A stretch of 57,172 nucleotides of DNA, the filler included, from Sphacelaria rigidula (taxonomy: Eukaryota): NCBI GenBank assembly GCA_964200075.2. It is 8 parts of 8 records of this genome, joined end to end, with 100 filler letters (N's around TTAATTAATTAA, not from the genome) between each part and the next. Parts side by side here need not be neighbours in the genome. Positions count along the whole stretch, not along the records: positions 35,796 to 42,854 come from CAXNAA020016708.1; positions 42,955 to 50,013 come from CAXNAA020016709.1; 6 more parts are not named here. One strand, given 5' to 3'. Shown piece after piece: positions 36,260 through 48,340 of this stretch. Under the pieces are notes generated by a model that had not been told where the DNA came from, searched no databases, and saw only the letters and a list, made by a program, of their open reading frames with translations. Each line of letters opens with the position of its first letter. Position 1 is the first letter of the stretch. A program made the position numbers and the translations under genes.

Positions 36260-38200
36260 TATTCTGAGGTCGTTGGACAGGGGTGACGTTTTCGCATGTC
36301 GTGAAAACCGGCGAGGGTTGGAGGTGCTGGTTTGCGCCCGTAGCCCAAACGGTTGCCCCCATTAGTCATCGCCAAGCCGATCGATTGGGATGCGATTTTT
36401 TGCATCATCTGCGCCAAGACGGCAGCAACAAATTCGATCGTCAATTTTTTTTATCTCATCGGGATTCATGTTTACGAAAATGGGAAATCATCGAGTGGAA
36501 ACCCCACTCAAATCACAAGTACTTGGAGGAATTTTACGGCGTGCATAATCAGGGGATGAGCAAGATCTCCGGTCTGTTCGTGCTTTTGGTTGGTGACACT
36601 TTTTGGGCTCATTTTGGGGGGTCAGGCGCGCCCATAACTGTCTTGAAACCAAGTGTGCTCCCGCTGAAGGTCCTGGGAGAGCTTTGTAGTATGCATAATT
36701 ACACAGACAACTCACCCGCTGCACGCTCAAACCTGCTCTGCATATTCGGTCATGTAGATACAGGGCCAAGCTCGCAGATGGATGCTCATTTCCCGAGCTT
36801 TTCACAACAACTATGAGGGGATTGGCGCAGTACCGTGTACCGGAATACTGGAAAACGTCCGCTCCATCTGCTCGCCTACCGTATAGTTCAGGCCGGGGGA
36901 GGTGGTGTTGTCTTCCCTGACACTCCGACCCCATCAGAAATGCTTTCGCAGACCTGCGCGTGCCGACACATGAACCGCACGTGCTTACATGGATCAAAAT
37001 AGTTGAGCCCATGCGAAATGCCTGATGCTTTTGAGGTCGTCGTGCTCAAACTTCCCCCAGGACCACAGTAGGTCATGGCGTTTCACCGTACAATACGAAG
37101 GTGACGTAAAGGCGCTCCATAGTTGCATTGACGGAACTGTACATGCACCCGGCTGACTTGTTATCTCCACACCTGTTGCGCACCTATCACACTACAAAAC
37201 AGTATTTGTATCACAATCAGAACATAGTGCGTGCAAGAGACGACAGTACAGTATGCAGTGCAGTCAACATGAAAGTCTCAAACACGTTTCACAGTCTGTT
37301 CACAGTGCCGCGGGTGTGCAGTACTGTACATCATGAGCAGATACGATGAAAAAAGGAGACAGGGATAGGTGGCTCGTTGTCTGTCGCCATTACTGCTTCA
37401 TCCGCGTCAGTGTCGATGGTATGTGTTGTGTGGTTGGCACATGTAGAAGCAAGCGATGAGTTGGAGTTTCATGGGGAGTAAGGGACACATGGTCATCGGC
37501 TTGGCGGCGTTGCGTGAAATATGGAGATGAGAACGTAATATTTTGCACCAGCATTTGCAGAACACCCTTGTAATCCTCATCTGACACCTCGGAAACAAGT
37601 CGCCGAATCTGAAATCCCAGTGATTTCGTGCTGCAAACTCGGCACATCGAGAAGGCCACGAAAAAGCAAGCGACGCGCCAGAAAGCCACCGGCGCGAATA
37701 CTTTGCGACCGGTTTGATGGCGTCGCGTTGATAGTAGTGATGGAAGTGTGAAATGCCGCACGACCTTATGGAAAAAACGCGACCATTAGCATTTTTCTCC
37801 GACATTTCGACCTCGAAAACGTGTTCGCAACACCCTTTTTTTTTCCAAGTACCTGGAACCGAGTGAGCACCGTCGAGGGTTCATCAGGCACCTACTTGGA
37901 TGCGGCACACATCGTCACCAGCTTGAGAGCGTTTCGTGGACTGCGACGCAATAAATTTTGTAAGCAGTGAAGTTTCAACGAGACGTACAGACAAATACGC
38001 TGGTTATCACGAAAGTGCACCGCAAAATGTTGACGCCTAGCTCGTGCAGTGCTGCAACCTCAGAGTATCGTTTTTTCAACCGGATGTTCACTTTTAAAAT
38101 ATTAGCTGTGTGTCGTCCAGTCCTTTCTGCTGGCTGCTTGTGAAATGCCTTTCCAACAATCTTTGTACTGAGCCCTAGGTGCTGTTTTTCGAACATTTTC
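36260..38200 (-). pseudogene. Eroded KDZ (Kyakuja-Dileera-Zisupton)-like transposase
   Basis: Remnants occur in the expected order on minus: MCAAS/TLDGAH (about 37870-37910), VSDEDYK (about 37575), C…YFDPCKHVRFMCRHAQV (about 36950-37070), AFLMGSE, YLHDRIC (about 36750), MHA (about 36545), GLAMTNG (about 36370). There are many stops and frameshifts. Confidence 0.5.
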
Positions 38201-38769
38201 GATATTCATCAAGATTTATTATGAACGATGGACACCGCATGAGGTCGACTCTTACGGCAAGCGATCTGGATCTGAAATGGTGACAGGTGATTACTTGGGT
38301 AATCAGGTGAAACTGAAATTTGCCATATCACCTGGACCAATCTTACGGCATTGCGGTGATGTGGTCGTAACGTGATTGGCTGTGCCAAAACACATCACGG
38401 ATGTATGAAAATGGTTGTACCAAAAAACCTCCCGATGGTTTCAACCTCCACCTCGTTGTTGTGTTCGATCTGAGTAGTATCAAGAGAGGAGCTGGCACTC
38501 TACTCTCCAGAGTGAGCTCACCGGTTTGTGGGATAGAATCGTCCTGTCTCGAAGGGCTTCACGATATGAGCGAAGTTGACTAGTCCCGAAAAGCTGAAGA
38601 AAACAGACGTGCTCAAGCTTCTGCTTGAATATTTACACTATTCTCATTGGAGGTTTCCAGAAAATGACACAAACTCAACCCGCGTACAGGCAATGTCAAA
38701 CCGGAAACGGTGCCCAACAACAGCGCAAAATCTAAAGATAAAGAAGAAGTGAGCAAGAGGGGGGCGGGG

Positions 38770-39985
38770 GGGGGTTGCATCGACGCTCGCATCACACCGA
38801 CTTTTTCACCTTTCGTCCTTTCACACGTACCTGACTCCAAACCTGTTATGCTATCCTTTAAAGATATCGTTCTTCCAACTCAGAAGCACCCTACAATTTG
38901 TACTTACGTGCTAACATCTCAACAGCTCCAAAGATATTCATTTTGACTGTAGATTCCCTCAAACATCTTTCTTGATCTCAGGCCTTCTGATCCTGCCTAC
39001 AAATTTTCTCGACTTCTACTACTTCAACCTCGAACACGCCAACACAAATGCAACCAGAAGCTATAGAACTAGGCTTTGCGCCACCGTAAATTGGCGTGAT
39101 ACAACCCCTGCACACCTGACAAAAGCTACCTCAGTTTTTCTCTACCCCGGTTCTCTCATACATCCTTCTTTTCAGTTTGAACTTGAAAAGTGCGACACAT
39201 GAACGCCTCCGAGGTGTCGTCTCACCACATTAGCCCATTCTGTGACGTTAAATTTTAACTCATGTACAGATAAATTTGGTGAACAAACTAATGCCAAGCG
39301 CCAAAACCTGGGTGAGCCTCAATATTTCCACTCGACCCTCATGCTTCGTCACGCAAACTCACAAACCTAGAAAAATAGAAACTCATAAGACATACGGAGA
39401 GTCACTTGTTTGGTATACTTACTGAAGACATCTCCTCACTATCGTTTCTCTTACTTCGATTGCTGCCTGTGTCCAACCAACACAAAAAGATCGACAGCCA
39501 ACTTCCATGATATAACGGAGAACATTCCAACCAAGAAATCAGACAAAAACATCCTCGTTCTCCCAGAGCGGCTTTTCTCCTTGTCCTTTCCATGCACCGA
39601 TGCCAAAACGCCCCAATCTACAGTGTTGTGATGTCCTGTCTTTATGACCTGATGATCTCCGATGGTGTCCGTCACTCCTCCCTGCTGTGGCGTATGAGCG
39701 ACATACCGCGCCGTCTCCTTCTGCGTGTAATAATTCCAACACTAATCCCCCGCCTGATCCCGCGAAACGTTAAGATTTTTCATCCGGAGATGAACACTGT
39801 AAGACCTCCCGAGGTCCAGAATCCTCAAGGTGTGCAGGTGTCTTTGCAATCCGGCATCCTCCTGGACACCCATGACCTGAGCTAGCTGCCGCCCTGCCTT
39901 CTGCATCCGATAGTAGATGTAACGGCTGATCTATACGCGGTACACTATAGCAGGGTATACATATATATATAATATATATATATAG
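38770..39985 (+). pseudogene. Highly eroded LINE RT fragment ending in a (TA)n tail
   Basis: PTFSPFVL (LSPxLF-like) at about 38800, VFLYPGSLI (FxYLGS-like) at about 39140, an RRLLL segment and a terminal (TA)n tract. The evidence is weak. Confidence 0.35.
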
Positions 39986-40495
39986 CTGCTGCTTCGTGCT
40001 CATGATTCCCCGACCATCCATCCTCGAGGAGATCTAAGTTTCATCGTCCTGTACACCTGTCACGGGCGGGGCGCGGCTTCGCCTGCTTTGGCGCCTCAAA
40101 CACATGGCTGTGTGCCCATTTCTGTCCCGTGATGTCGGGTCGTGTTCGATATACCTCGGAACGATGCAACAAACGGATCATGCAGAACCCCAAGCCTTGC
40201 TGGCCATACCAGCAGCGTGTCACTGGTCGTGACTGATGGTTTCGGAACGAACACCGATCGACAGAGATGAGAGGCATCGTTCAAGTAACAAATCCAAGGA
40301 CATTGTCGCACTGATATACAGTGCGGTAGGTAGTCACTCATCAAGCTTGTCGTCGACGCACCAGGATAGTTGCAACAAATGCGAAGGCGTGTCCGGCGTA
40401 TGCGGAGGGGAATTTCTTGCTGCCCTGACCTCAGCCATTCCACGTTTGCGGGGGGCGACAGGTACCTTTGTCGGGTACCATCTGTCGAAATTATT

Positions 40496-40643
40496 CACGG
40501 TTAGGACAAATCATCACGACTCAAAATCATCAAACCCACGATCTCTTCGGCCTGATTGCCCNNNNNNNNNNATTCGTCACGAGTCGACTCATCATACTAA
40601 AACCAAGTAATTTCCAGACGAATCATTATTTGTCCGACCCTTG
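40496..40643. mobile_element. Short hAT-type MITE inserted in a tandem repeat of about 45 bp
   Basis: 8-bp TSD AAATTATT (40488-40495, 40644-40651) and imperfect TIRs CACGGTTAGGACAAAT / CAAGGGTCGGACAAAT. The host unit CAGGTACCTTTGTyGGGTACyATCTGTCGAAATTATT lies on both sides. There is a small internal N gap. Confidence 0.78.
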
Positions 40644-41340
40644 AAATTATTGACAATATCAGGTACCTTTGTTGGGTACTATCTGTCGAAATTATTGACG
40701 ATATCGAACTCTGTTCGATCCCGTGATCACGTGACAAATCTTGCTCCCATTTTTCAGATTCCCGTGTTGACAGGTTAGCCTGGTGATGTATCCACTTTGA
40801 ATAAGTATATAGGTGCAGAATCTACAAGATTGCTGTCGGAGCGAACAAAATCGTCCCCACTGTCGCTATCAAGATCCGTCAATATCGCGTGGTGCTGACT
40901 ATCACGGCCGTGAACGTGAACATGACTCTTCACGTTTTTATTCATGCGTCCGTTACCGTGATGTCGTTGCGGGCAAGAGTAAGTGGTTTGACACTAGGGC
41001 CACGAGTTCCGCGATACGTGGCTCGCGCGAGCTACGCCTCCTTCTCGCTGTACACTGAGCTGTAATTTGTACGCCCACATGACGCCGGATGCCGGCATAG
41101 GAGTCAACATTGCAACCGTCAACATAGCGTCGTTATGGCCACCTAACGGCTTTTTCACGACTATACTCCAGATCTAGGTGTCCGAACTTGAGGGTAATCT
41201 CAGGCTGAGATTAACGTCATTTCTCGAAACAGAAGACAAAACTACCTTGAAAATGTCGTTTTTTGAGCGCATCACCCACCTTGAAGATTGAAGAAGTTTA
41301 AATCACGTTTGGGTGATCAGGCGAACCGTGAGATTTTTTC

Positions 41341-41930
41341 CTAGATATGTTTCGTAAGAGTCGCTTGATCAGGAATCATAACGCTGGCTCGTTCGGAAGT
41401 AGTGTCGACTTGCCCTGGGTTAAATGTCAATCGATTTTGCAAAGTTGCAACTGCAACCCCCACCACACCTGTAAATGCTACAATCAGGCGTTCCCATCTC
41501 GAGTCTTCGCAACCGCAGCTCTTCATGCATACACAAGGGTTCGCTAAACGAATTCCGCCCAGCTTCCACTGACTTTTCGCCTCATTCCATGTGCTGTTAC
41601 CCGTTTCAACGATCAGGGTCTAGCGAAGTTTGCCAACGCCAAGCGATAGAACCGCCTGCATCTTGAGGAAGATAAAGCGGTGTTCCCGGCATGACAGGCG
41701 CTGACTTTGGAGGGTACACGCCATCGACACGTCACGTGCCTGGTTGACCCAGCAACGATGAAATTACAGCCGAGCGAGATCATCCTCAGCTGTTCTGTAC
41801 TTGGACAGCTTACAGTTTCCCGTCGTTCTACATTCGTCATTATCGCCGCTGGGACAACAGACGCAGGTGTAGCGGTGGACACCAGCACGCACATTGAAAA
41901 CGAAGCACTTGTATTCGGTGTGAACCACTA
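41341..41930 (-). pseudogene. Eroded PIF/Harbinger (DDE_Tnp_4/HARBI1-like) transposase
   Basis: Ordered remnants KCFVFNV…VCCPS…TGNCKLSKYR, GSTRH, LYLPQDAG, KSVE and VAVATLQNRLT…GQ…TLTKHI resemble CxGFIDGT…CRP…GHK…LKYQ, GxRHD, YGDxxY, RxSVE and VAxLLxN…Q…PTLxEY. Confidence 0.5.
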
Positions 41931-43939
41931 GATCTCCAGGCAACGACCAAGACTGTGTGCGTGCGACAGCCCGGTTGGTTGAGTGCGAATAGCAGGTCTG
42001 AACCGCAGGAAAATACAAGTGAACACAGGGGTGCTATTGGACTGTAAATAGGGATATGTAGGTTCCTCTCCCGGGGGTGGGGCGGGGGGTTTTGGGAACT
42101 GTTCGAGGAATGCGCTGGACGGTTTCTCAATTCGCGTGTATATTCATGTTGTCTCTTTGCATAGTACCATGAGCCGTGTAGGAGTCGTTGCATGATACTA
42201 CGTAGCACGCTCAAACCCGTAGTGCCGGTTCCTACAGTACAGTCGGGGGTTCCAGGGCAGCGCGGTGGGTCGCTAGCCCGCCATGACCGCACAGTGGTGG
42301 TACGTCGCACTATATTGGTGTCCTGCGATGACTTGACGTCAGTAGTTTGACTGCATCGTGGTGAGATCCACGCTGTGCTGTGAACGCTCACCCACTGCTG
42401 GAGCATACCTCTTATGGCTTCGGGCTAGTGTGTATAATGTTCAACTGGTACCGGGTTATAGTGTACGTACTTTTGAACGGTTCAATGGTACGTTTGACCC
42501 GGTAATACGAGCAGTTCCCATATGTCATTTCGACCTCAGTCCGCTCCCTCCCATAGAAAAATCTCGTTTTTATTCTTCAGGACCCTGCGTCAGACTCGTT
42601 ATTATTGACACTGGTTTTTCCGAGGTCCGAGAATTTCGGATGTTGACGACTGTCGAAAGCTTGTGAGTGCCACGGTATACACAGAGGGCAGCTTTGCGAA
42701 GAGCTGGGTTGAAGTCCTAGATAGCCAGACTTGTCCAAAAATGCAGGTTAGAAAAAAAACAAGCTGCTTCATTGTGCGAGGAGCTTGGAGGCAGGGTTCG
42801 ACATATCTGGAAAATTCGGACGCCTCACACAGTGGTAGCAGCTCCCACCACCGGNNNNNNNNNNNNNNNNNNNNNNNNNNNNNNNNNNNNNNNNNNNNTT
42901 AATTAATTAANNNNNNNNNNNNNNNNNNNNNNNNNNNNNNNNNNNNNNNNNNNNCATGAGTACAACCCCCCTCCCCGCATGATCATAAGTACACCTCCCC
43001 CCCTCCCCCCCCCCCAAACCGCGCGCGCCCGCCCTCAAACGACTGCTAACTCCCCCCCCCCCCCCTCCCTTCCCCTCCTTTATTGTTTGAGGCAAGCAAC
43101 CAATGAGGAAGCAGTAGCTCCCTCCCCCCCCCCTCCCCATTGAAGGCATTTTCGATAAAACGATAACGTCACCAGTGCGATATTTATGGGGAACGGCACC
43201 CTTCTAAGGTGTCTTTGAGTAGCCCCACAACCCCATGGACTCGATTTGGACGCATCTCCACTCTCCTAAAAGCTACCCCCGATAGCAGACAGTACGGAAA
43301 ACCACACAACGGTTGCCATGTAAGGTGCCGCAGAGGGGAGTACGATATCCACCATTACGAGCACCGTTTGCTGTTTCTCATTTCCACCAGAAATTTCGTT
43401 CCTACTGATGAGAATCCCTGTCCGACACAAGAAATGGTTCAACATGCATACTCTGTGTCGGGCGGGCAACTTTCAGGTTACCTAGCGATTCCATTTTCTT
43501 CGCATGCTAGGTGCTTAAAGATCCCGTGACTATGAACGTACGGCTCCCCGTCCTGTCCCATTCACAGTGAGTGAGGGCTTCACTCGCCTCAGGCAATCAA
43601 CTGGTCATACTTTTCAGCAACAAAAAACCAGTACCACTTAGTTACCACCTTAGACCACAGTGACGAAGTTGCCAGAAAATCCGCAATTTCTGTCTAACCG
43701 GTTTTACAGCGACAGGTTTACTCGCCTGTTCCTCATGTCGCCTGTCTTGTACCCTATGCTCATACTATCGATCAGGGGTACCGATCGGTGATACCGGACG
43801 AGAAGAATTTCACGGATTGAGCGGAATGAGAAGTGCTCTTGGTGAACCTGTTATGCCATCTATATTTGTTTTTGTCATACCTACATCAGTGTAGAATGGT
43901 CGGGCAAGGCCAGTACCATGGCGGGAGACACGCAGACAG

Positions 43940-44247
43940 CGCTGGTGCTGTTCCTTGCCGCCGTGCCCCGGTCATGAAAATTAAACGGTACAGCTGACGC
44001 CGTTGGGGGGAGAGAAGTGTGGGTTCGATTCCCGCGAGATGCGCTTTGCTTTTTTATTCCGAGTATCTGATTTCCGTCGTTGAAGGCTTGAGGATCTACG
44101 TGAGTGAAAAAACGATTTGACTACGGGTGTTTGACGAGAGTCGATGCGATGCCCAACCCGCTAGACCAAAATGCAAGGCATGTGCCGGGAGAGAGGTGGG
44201 TTGATCCCTGGAGACCACGGACTCCTCCCGAGGAGAGGGAGGTTAAA
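43940..44247 (+). mobile_element. Right part of a repeat with a tRNA-like B-box and a GGAGGTTAA end; diverged copy at 31660-32015
   Basis: GGTTCGATTCC at 44022-44032 followed by T-runs. Shared blocks TCTGATTyCCGTCGTTG, AGTCGAyGCG and TTGATCCCTkGAGACCACGGAyTC occur in both copies. Confidence 0.62.
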
Positions 44248-45279
44248 CGTTTTACGACTAAGGAAAAGAAAACGTACAGTACTGTCAATCGTGGACAGCG
44301 GTAGTGTGAAATACTCTACCCCTAGACTTGTCATACTACTGTAGGCCACTATTTACTGTGACTCTACATGGCTCCACAATATTGGTCGATAATTTCTACG
44401 CCATGCTATCAACCCATGTTTATCATTTTTTCATTCCCTGAATCAAGCGTCGCACTCGATTCCTTGTTCCTGTGGTGTGGCTGTGATGCAAGTCACGGGT
44501 GGGGAGGGGGTCGTCTCCGCTGCACCTGATCGTTCATGTCCATCTCCAGAACACCACCATCGCATGGACGTCTAGAGCTTCGTGTACTCCACTCGGCGAT
44601 CATCATTTGCCACTCGTGATGATTCTGGGCATACCTGATCAATTGCAGTCCGTAGCAACGCACACGGCGAGGTAGTAGTAAGGATGCCTTCTGACCGGCC
44701 GAGTTTCCACTCTCTTCCTCCTCCACTCCGGTTTATCCAAGAAGGCATAACACTTGTGCGGTTCCCGCCTGTTTAATGCAAACACCCAGCGCAGAGCAAT
44801 AATGTAGGGTACTGTAGAGTAGAGTGGAGTCATGTGCGCCGTGTGCGCCACCCAATTAATCTCTACCCCGCTTTCACGTTTTCATTGGCCCAATGCTCAT
44901 CAGTCCCCACGATGCTTTGTCGTCGTGTATCTTGACCGCGACGTCGTTTCACGTACAGTATGTACGGCATATTCTCACGCGTGTAAGGTCTGTATGTTTG
45001 GCTCGTCCGCTGGGGCGCTATTTTATTTCTTGTTCAGGTGTACGGTAGTTCCGTCAGGATGGTTATTTTTATGTCTGGCGGATGGTAATTCCTTCTGTGG
45101 GGTTAGGTATACGTGATGGGGGTGTAGACGTTGCACGCTTCTATGCCTTATACTTTGTGAACAATGGAGGACACCGTATCTGCGCCTCCCCTCGTGGGTG
45201 GTGACTAGCTAGACGATTTTGCAACTCCTGCTCATGTTTTCAAAATCGCTGTCTACCCGCTCACCCTTACAGTCAAAAG

Positions 45280-45830
45280 CTCGTGATGTTCCTTCATCAT
45301 CTGGACGGAATGACGGAGACGGCTTTTTCTATTTAACCTGCAAGTACCGATGGATCATCTTGTTCGCGAAAGGTTCACCCATCTTTTTCTCCTATAATCT
45401 GTCCTATATATTTCTTACGAGCTATCCGCCAGGGGTATGGGTTTGTGGTACATCAGATGAACATCAAGCTTGAGTGGAGTAATACGCACTGCGTGTAGCA
45501 TCTATTTTGTACCGTAGGTATACTATTTTCAGTGTATGGGGACATTACATTGATCGTAGGGAGTGCGTACTGTGAGCTTCACCTCGGGGAGGAAGATGTT
45601 ACACGTATCGAACAGTCTTTTCGTGACTATGTGTCCTTTCACTTGTCATTCGGAAAACCCAATACTGTATGTGAACCATTTCCATTGGATTCATCAACTG
45701 GGCAGGATGAAATCGCTGTCCCATCATCTGCTGTCATCTTGCCCTTGTATTGCTCCACGTCTTGCCCTTGGCCCATATTTGTCTCGCCATGGTGTACCAG
45801 ATTGTGTTTCGTAGTTTTCGAGTCTCTGCG
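45280..45830 (+). pseudogene. Eroded CACTA/EnSpm-like transposase, C-terminal part
   Basis: QVPMDHLVRERFTHL (DxMHL..EG-like), EEDVTRIEQSFRDYVSFHLSFG, NHFHWIHQL and LGP…WC…FES occur in the expected order across frameshifts. Confidence 0.45.
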
Positions 45831-47539
45831 ATATCGCCGTGGAGTGTACGGTCCGTTACTGTTTCGCGCCAGAGCACTCTTTGAAATTCGTTCACCGTCC
45901 CTCGCAATTTTGTGGCTCTTAGTAACGGCAGTCTACCATACGCCCAGCATGTCGTCAAAATTGAGATAGCTAGCCCTGCTGGCGCGTTTCGGCACTCGCG
46001 CCGCGCACGCCGCGCTGACGCTGGTATATGCACAGGAACAACACAATTTTGTTTTTCTTGTTGCAAACACCTCCGACTCCCCCCAGGAAGTCTTGGCAGC
46101 ATCAGCTCTTGCGCTTCCATTGCTTCAGGACATATCAGCTGATGAACGCACGTATAGTGCCGAGCTATTGAACTGCGTACAGTATAGAGCGTGCCGCTTT
46201 GACACTGACTACGTATATAAAAGGGGGGAGAGCACGAGCCCCCTCCTCTGCAAGAGTGTCATTTGAACCCGGATTCGTTCCATCACTTTTGCATCAAACA
46301 CTTCTCCTGTAACGGATAGCGCGGAAGCTGGCGGCTGTGTCGTGCCCCTGTAGGTTGTTGACACATTTTCTTGGCTTTTATCCTAAGCCACGTGGGTTAG
46401 AAGTGTTTTCCCCTCCACATCGTTTTGTGCCGTGATTCCTTCTGTTTCTTCCTTTTCTCAGCTTGTGGTCTCTTGCTTTTTTTGTCCCTTCATCCAATTG
46501 TTGCTCCCCTCGTTCCTCCCATATTGTGTTTCATGCCCGGCCTCCTCACCAGCAGTCATGCTGCAGGAGACTATCGGGGACTTTTTTCTCCGGATCGATC
46601 CTCGATGTTAGTCGAGTGGTTTTTCTTGCTGTTTTCTCTTACTTTTTACTTCATCTTTTTTTTTTTCTGTCTTCATCTTTTGGGTGCCCTATTTTCTTCT
46701 TTTCTTGAGTTTGCTCTGTTGTCTCCTTTCTACTTCATTTCCCTCTGCTGTCGAGTTTCTCTGAGCCAGAGTTTTATTATTCCCACCTCGGGTACGTCCA
46801 TGTCGTCATCACGGCTGAATTGGTGGTGGATAAGCCATACCGCAACAAGGAACCAATCAATTGTTTAACCGACCAATCGATCGTTCAACCAACCAATCAA
46901 CCAATCAACCAATCAACCAATCAACCAATCAACCAATCAACCAATCAACCAATCAATGGCGCAGTCTGGCGCGGGCTCACTATATTTTGGTACGTAGTTT
47001 CCCGCCGAGCATAGCGTTGAGCACATCATCGTGAAACTGCACTTCTGGTGGAGAACCGACGTGCACAAACGACAGAGATGTGATACTAGAAAGTTATACC
47101 TAACCCTTTGTGCAAACAATCACTCTCGCTGCATCTGCATTGCTTGTCTTGGTATTCCAGTACAAACTGCAGCTTCTTTCTTTCGTGTTACCAATGCTTG
47201 AGGCACCAGAGCTTGTACCGTACAGTGCGGTGAAACACATGTCATGGAGGTGGTCGTTCGTCAGCCGTCCCGTGCGTTTTCACGACAGCGCTGCTGTTTC
47301 CACAGCTCCTCTCACGGGAGCTCGGGAGCACGTGACCGCGAAAAACCAAGCGACAGCATAGGGGGCTCACATGGACCATTGCACACGTCCCTCTACCTCC
47401 CAAGTGGTCGTTTGTCTCACAAGAGTGGTCGGTGTCGAGGATGTAGGATGGTCCACGCTCGAGTGTTGAGCGTGCTGTGGCGGTGCTCACTGTACTGGAT
47501 GAATCTCACACGAAGCCCTATATATGTTGCTGCTCAGTG

Positions 47540-48340
47540 ACTACCGGGAGTATCTGTCGTGTGACGATACTGCTCCCTTCTTACGCGCGGGAACAAATCG
47601 ATTACTTAAGTACAACCATGCGATGTTCTCGCCCAACACAGACGATGTAGCACTTGCCGGCTGTCCGCGCTATTCAGTTGCAGTCCAAAGCTTGCCGCTT
47701 CACACGAACCGAACCATAGAACACGAGGTTTCCCGTGTGGCTCAAGGACTCGCAATAGGATTGTTCTTTCATGGTATATCAGGTTTCAAGTTATTCAAGG
47801 CGTAAAGCTACACCTCAAACCAAGAACCTCCGCCGGAAAGCTGATGGTTCAAAGAAGGATAGCGAGAGTATCAGTGATGCAGTCCAGAGCGGAGAACAGT
47901 TCTGCTGCCTGCCCCCCCTAGTTGGCACGTCGTTCTCACTCCCTACTAACGCCGTTATTGCCCGATGAGGGACCATGTCACTGGCAAAGGCTAGATTTTG
48001 CAGCGGTATCGGGAGAACCGTATTGAACAAACCAAGCTCAAGTATGCCGTTGGTTTGAACTGCTCATACTACACGCCTCCAATCGTTGAACATTTTGATA
48101 CTAGCTTTGCGCTGCGCTCGTGCTCTGCCTCCCAACCCCCGGAATACTGGTGTTCTTACCAGCACGAGAAAACAGGGGACCGACCGCAAAGTCTCAGAGG
48201 TCTGCCAAACAAGCACGACTAAGGAAATGGCCACGCCAGCACGCAACGTCAGGTTCAAGGTGCGATGTCGCACGTACAGTAGCATCGCATTGGTTAGTTT
48301 TCTGTATCTTCCGAAAACGATTGCTTCACGCTCGGCCGAT
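47540..48340 (+). pseudogene. Eroded CACTA/EnSpm-like transposase (Transposase_21-like region)
   Basis: LAIGLFFHGISGFK (LxLxLxxDGxxxFK-like), NLPPE..FKE, LPPLV, CSY and YSSIALVSFLYLPKTI occur in order, with stops and frameshifts. Confidence 0.45.
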
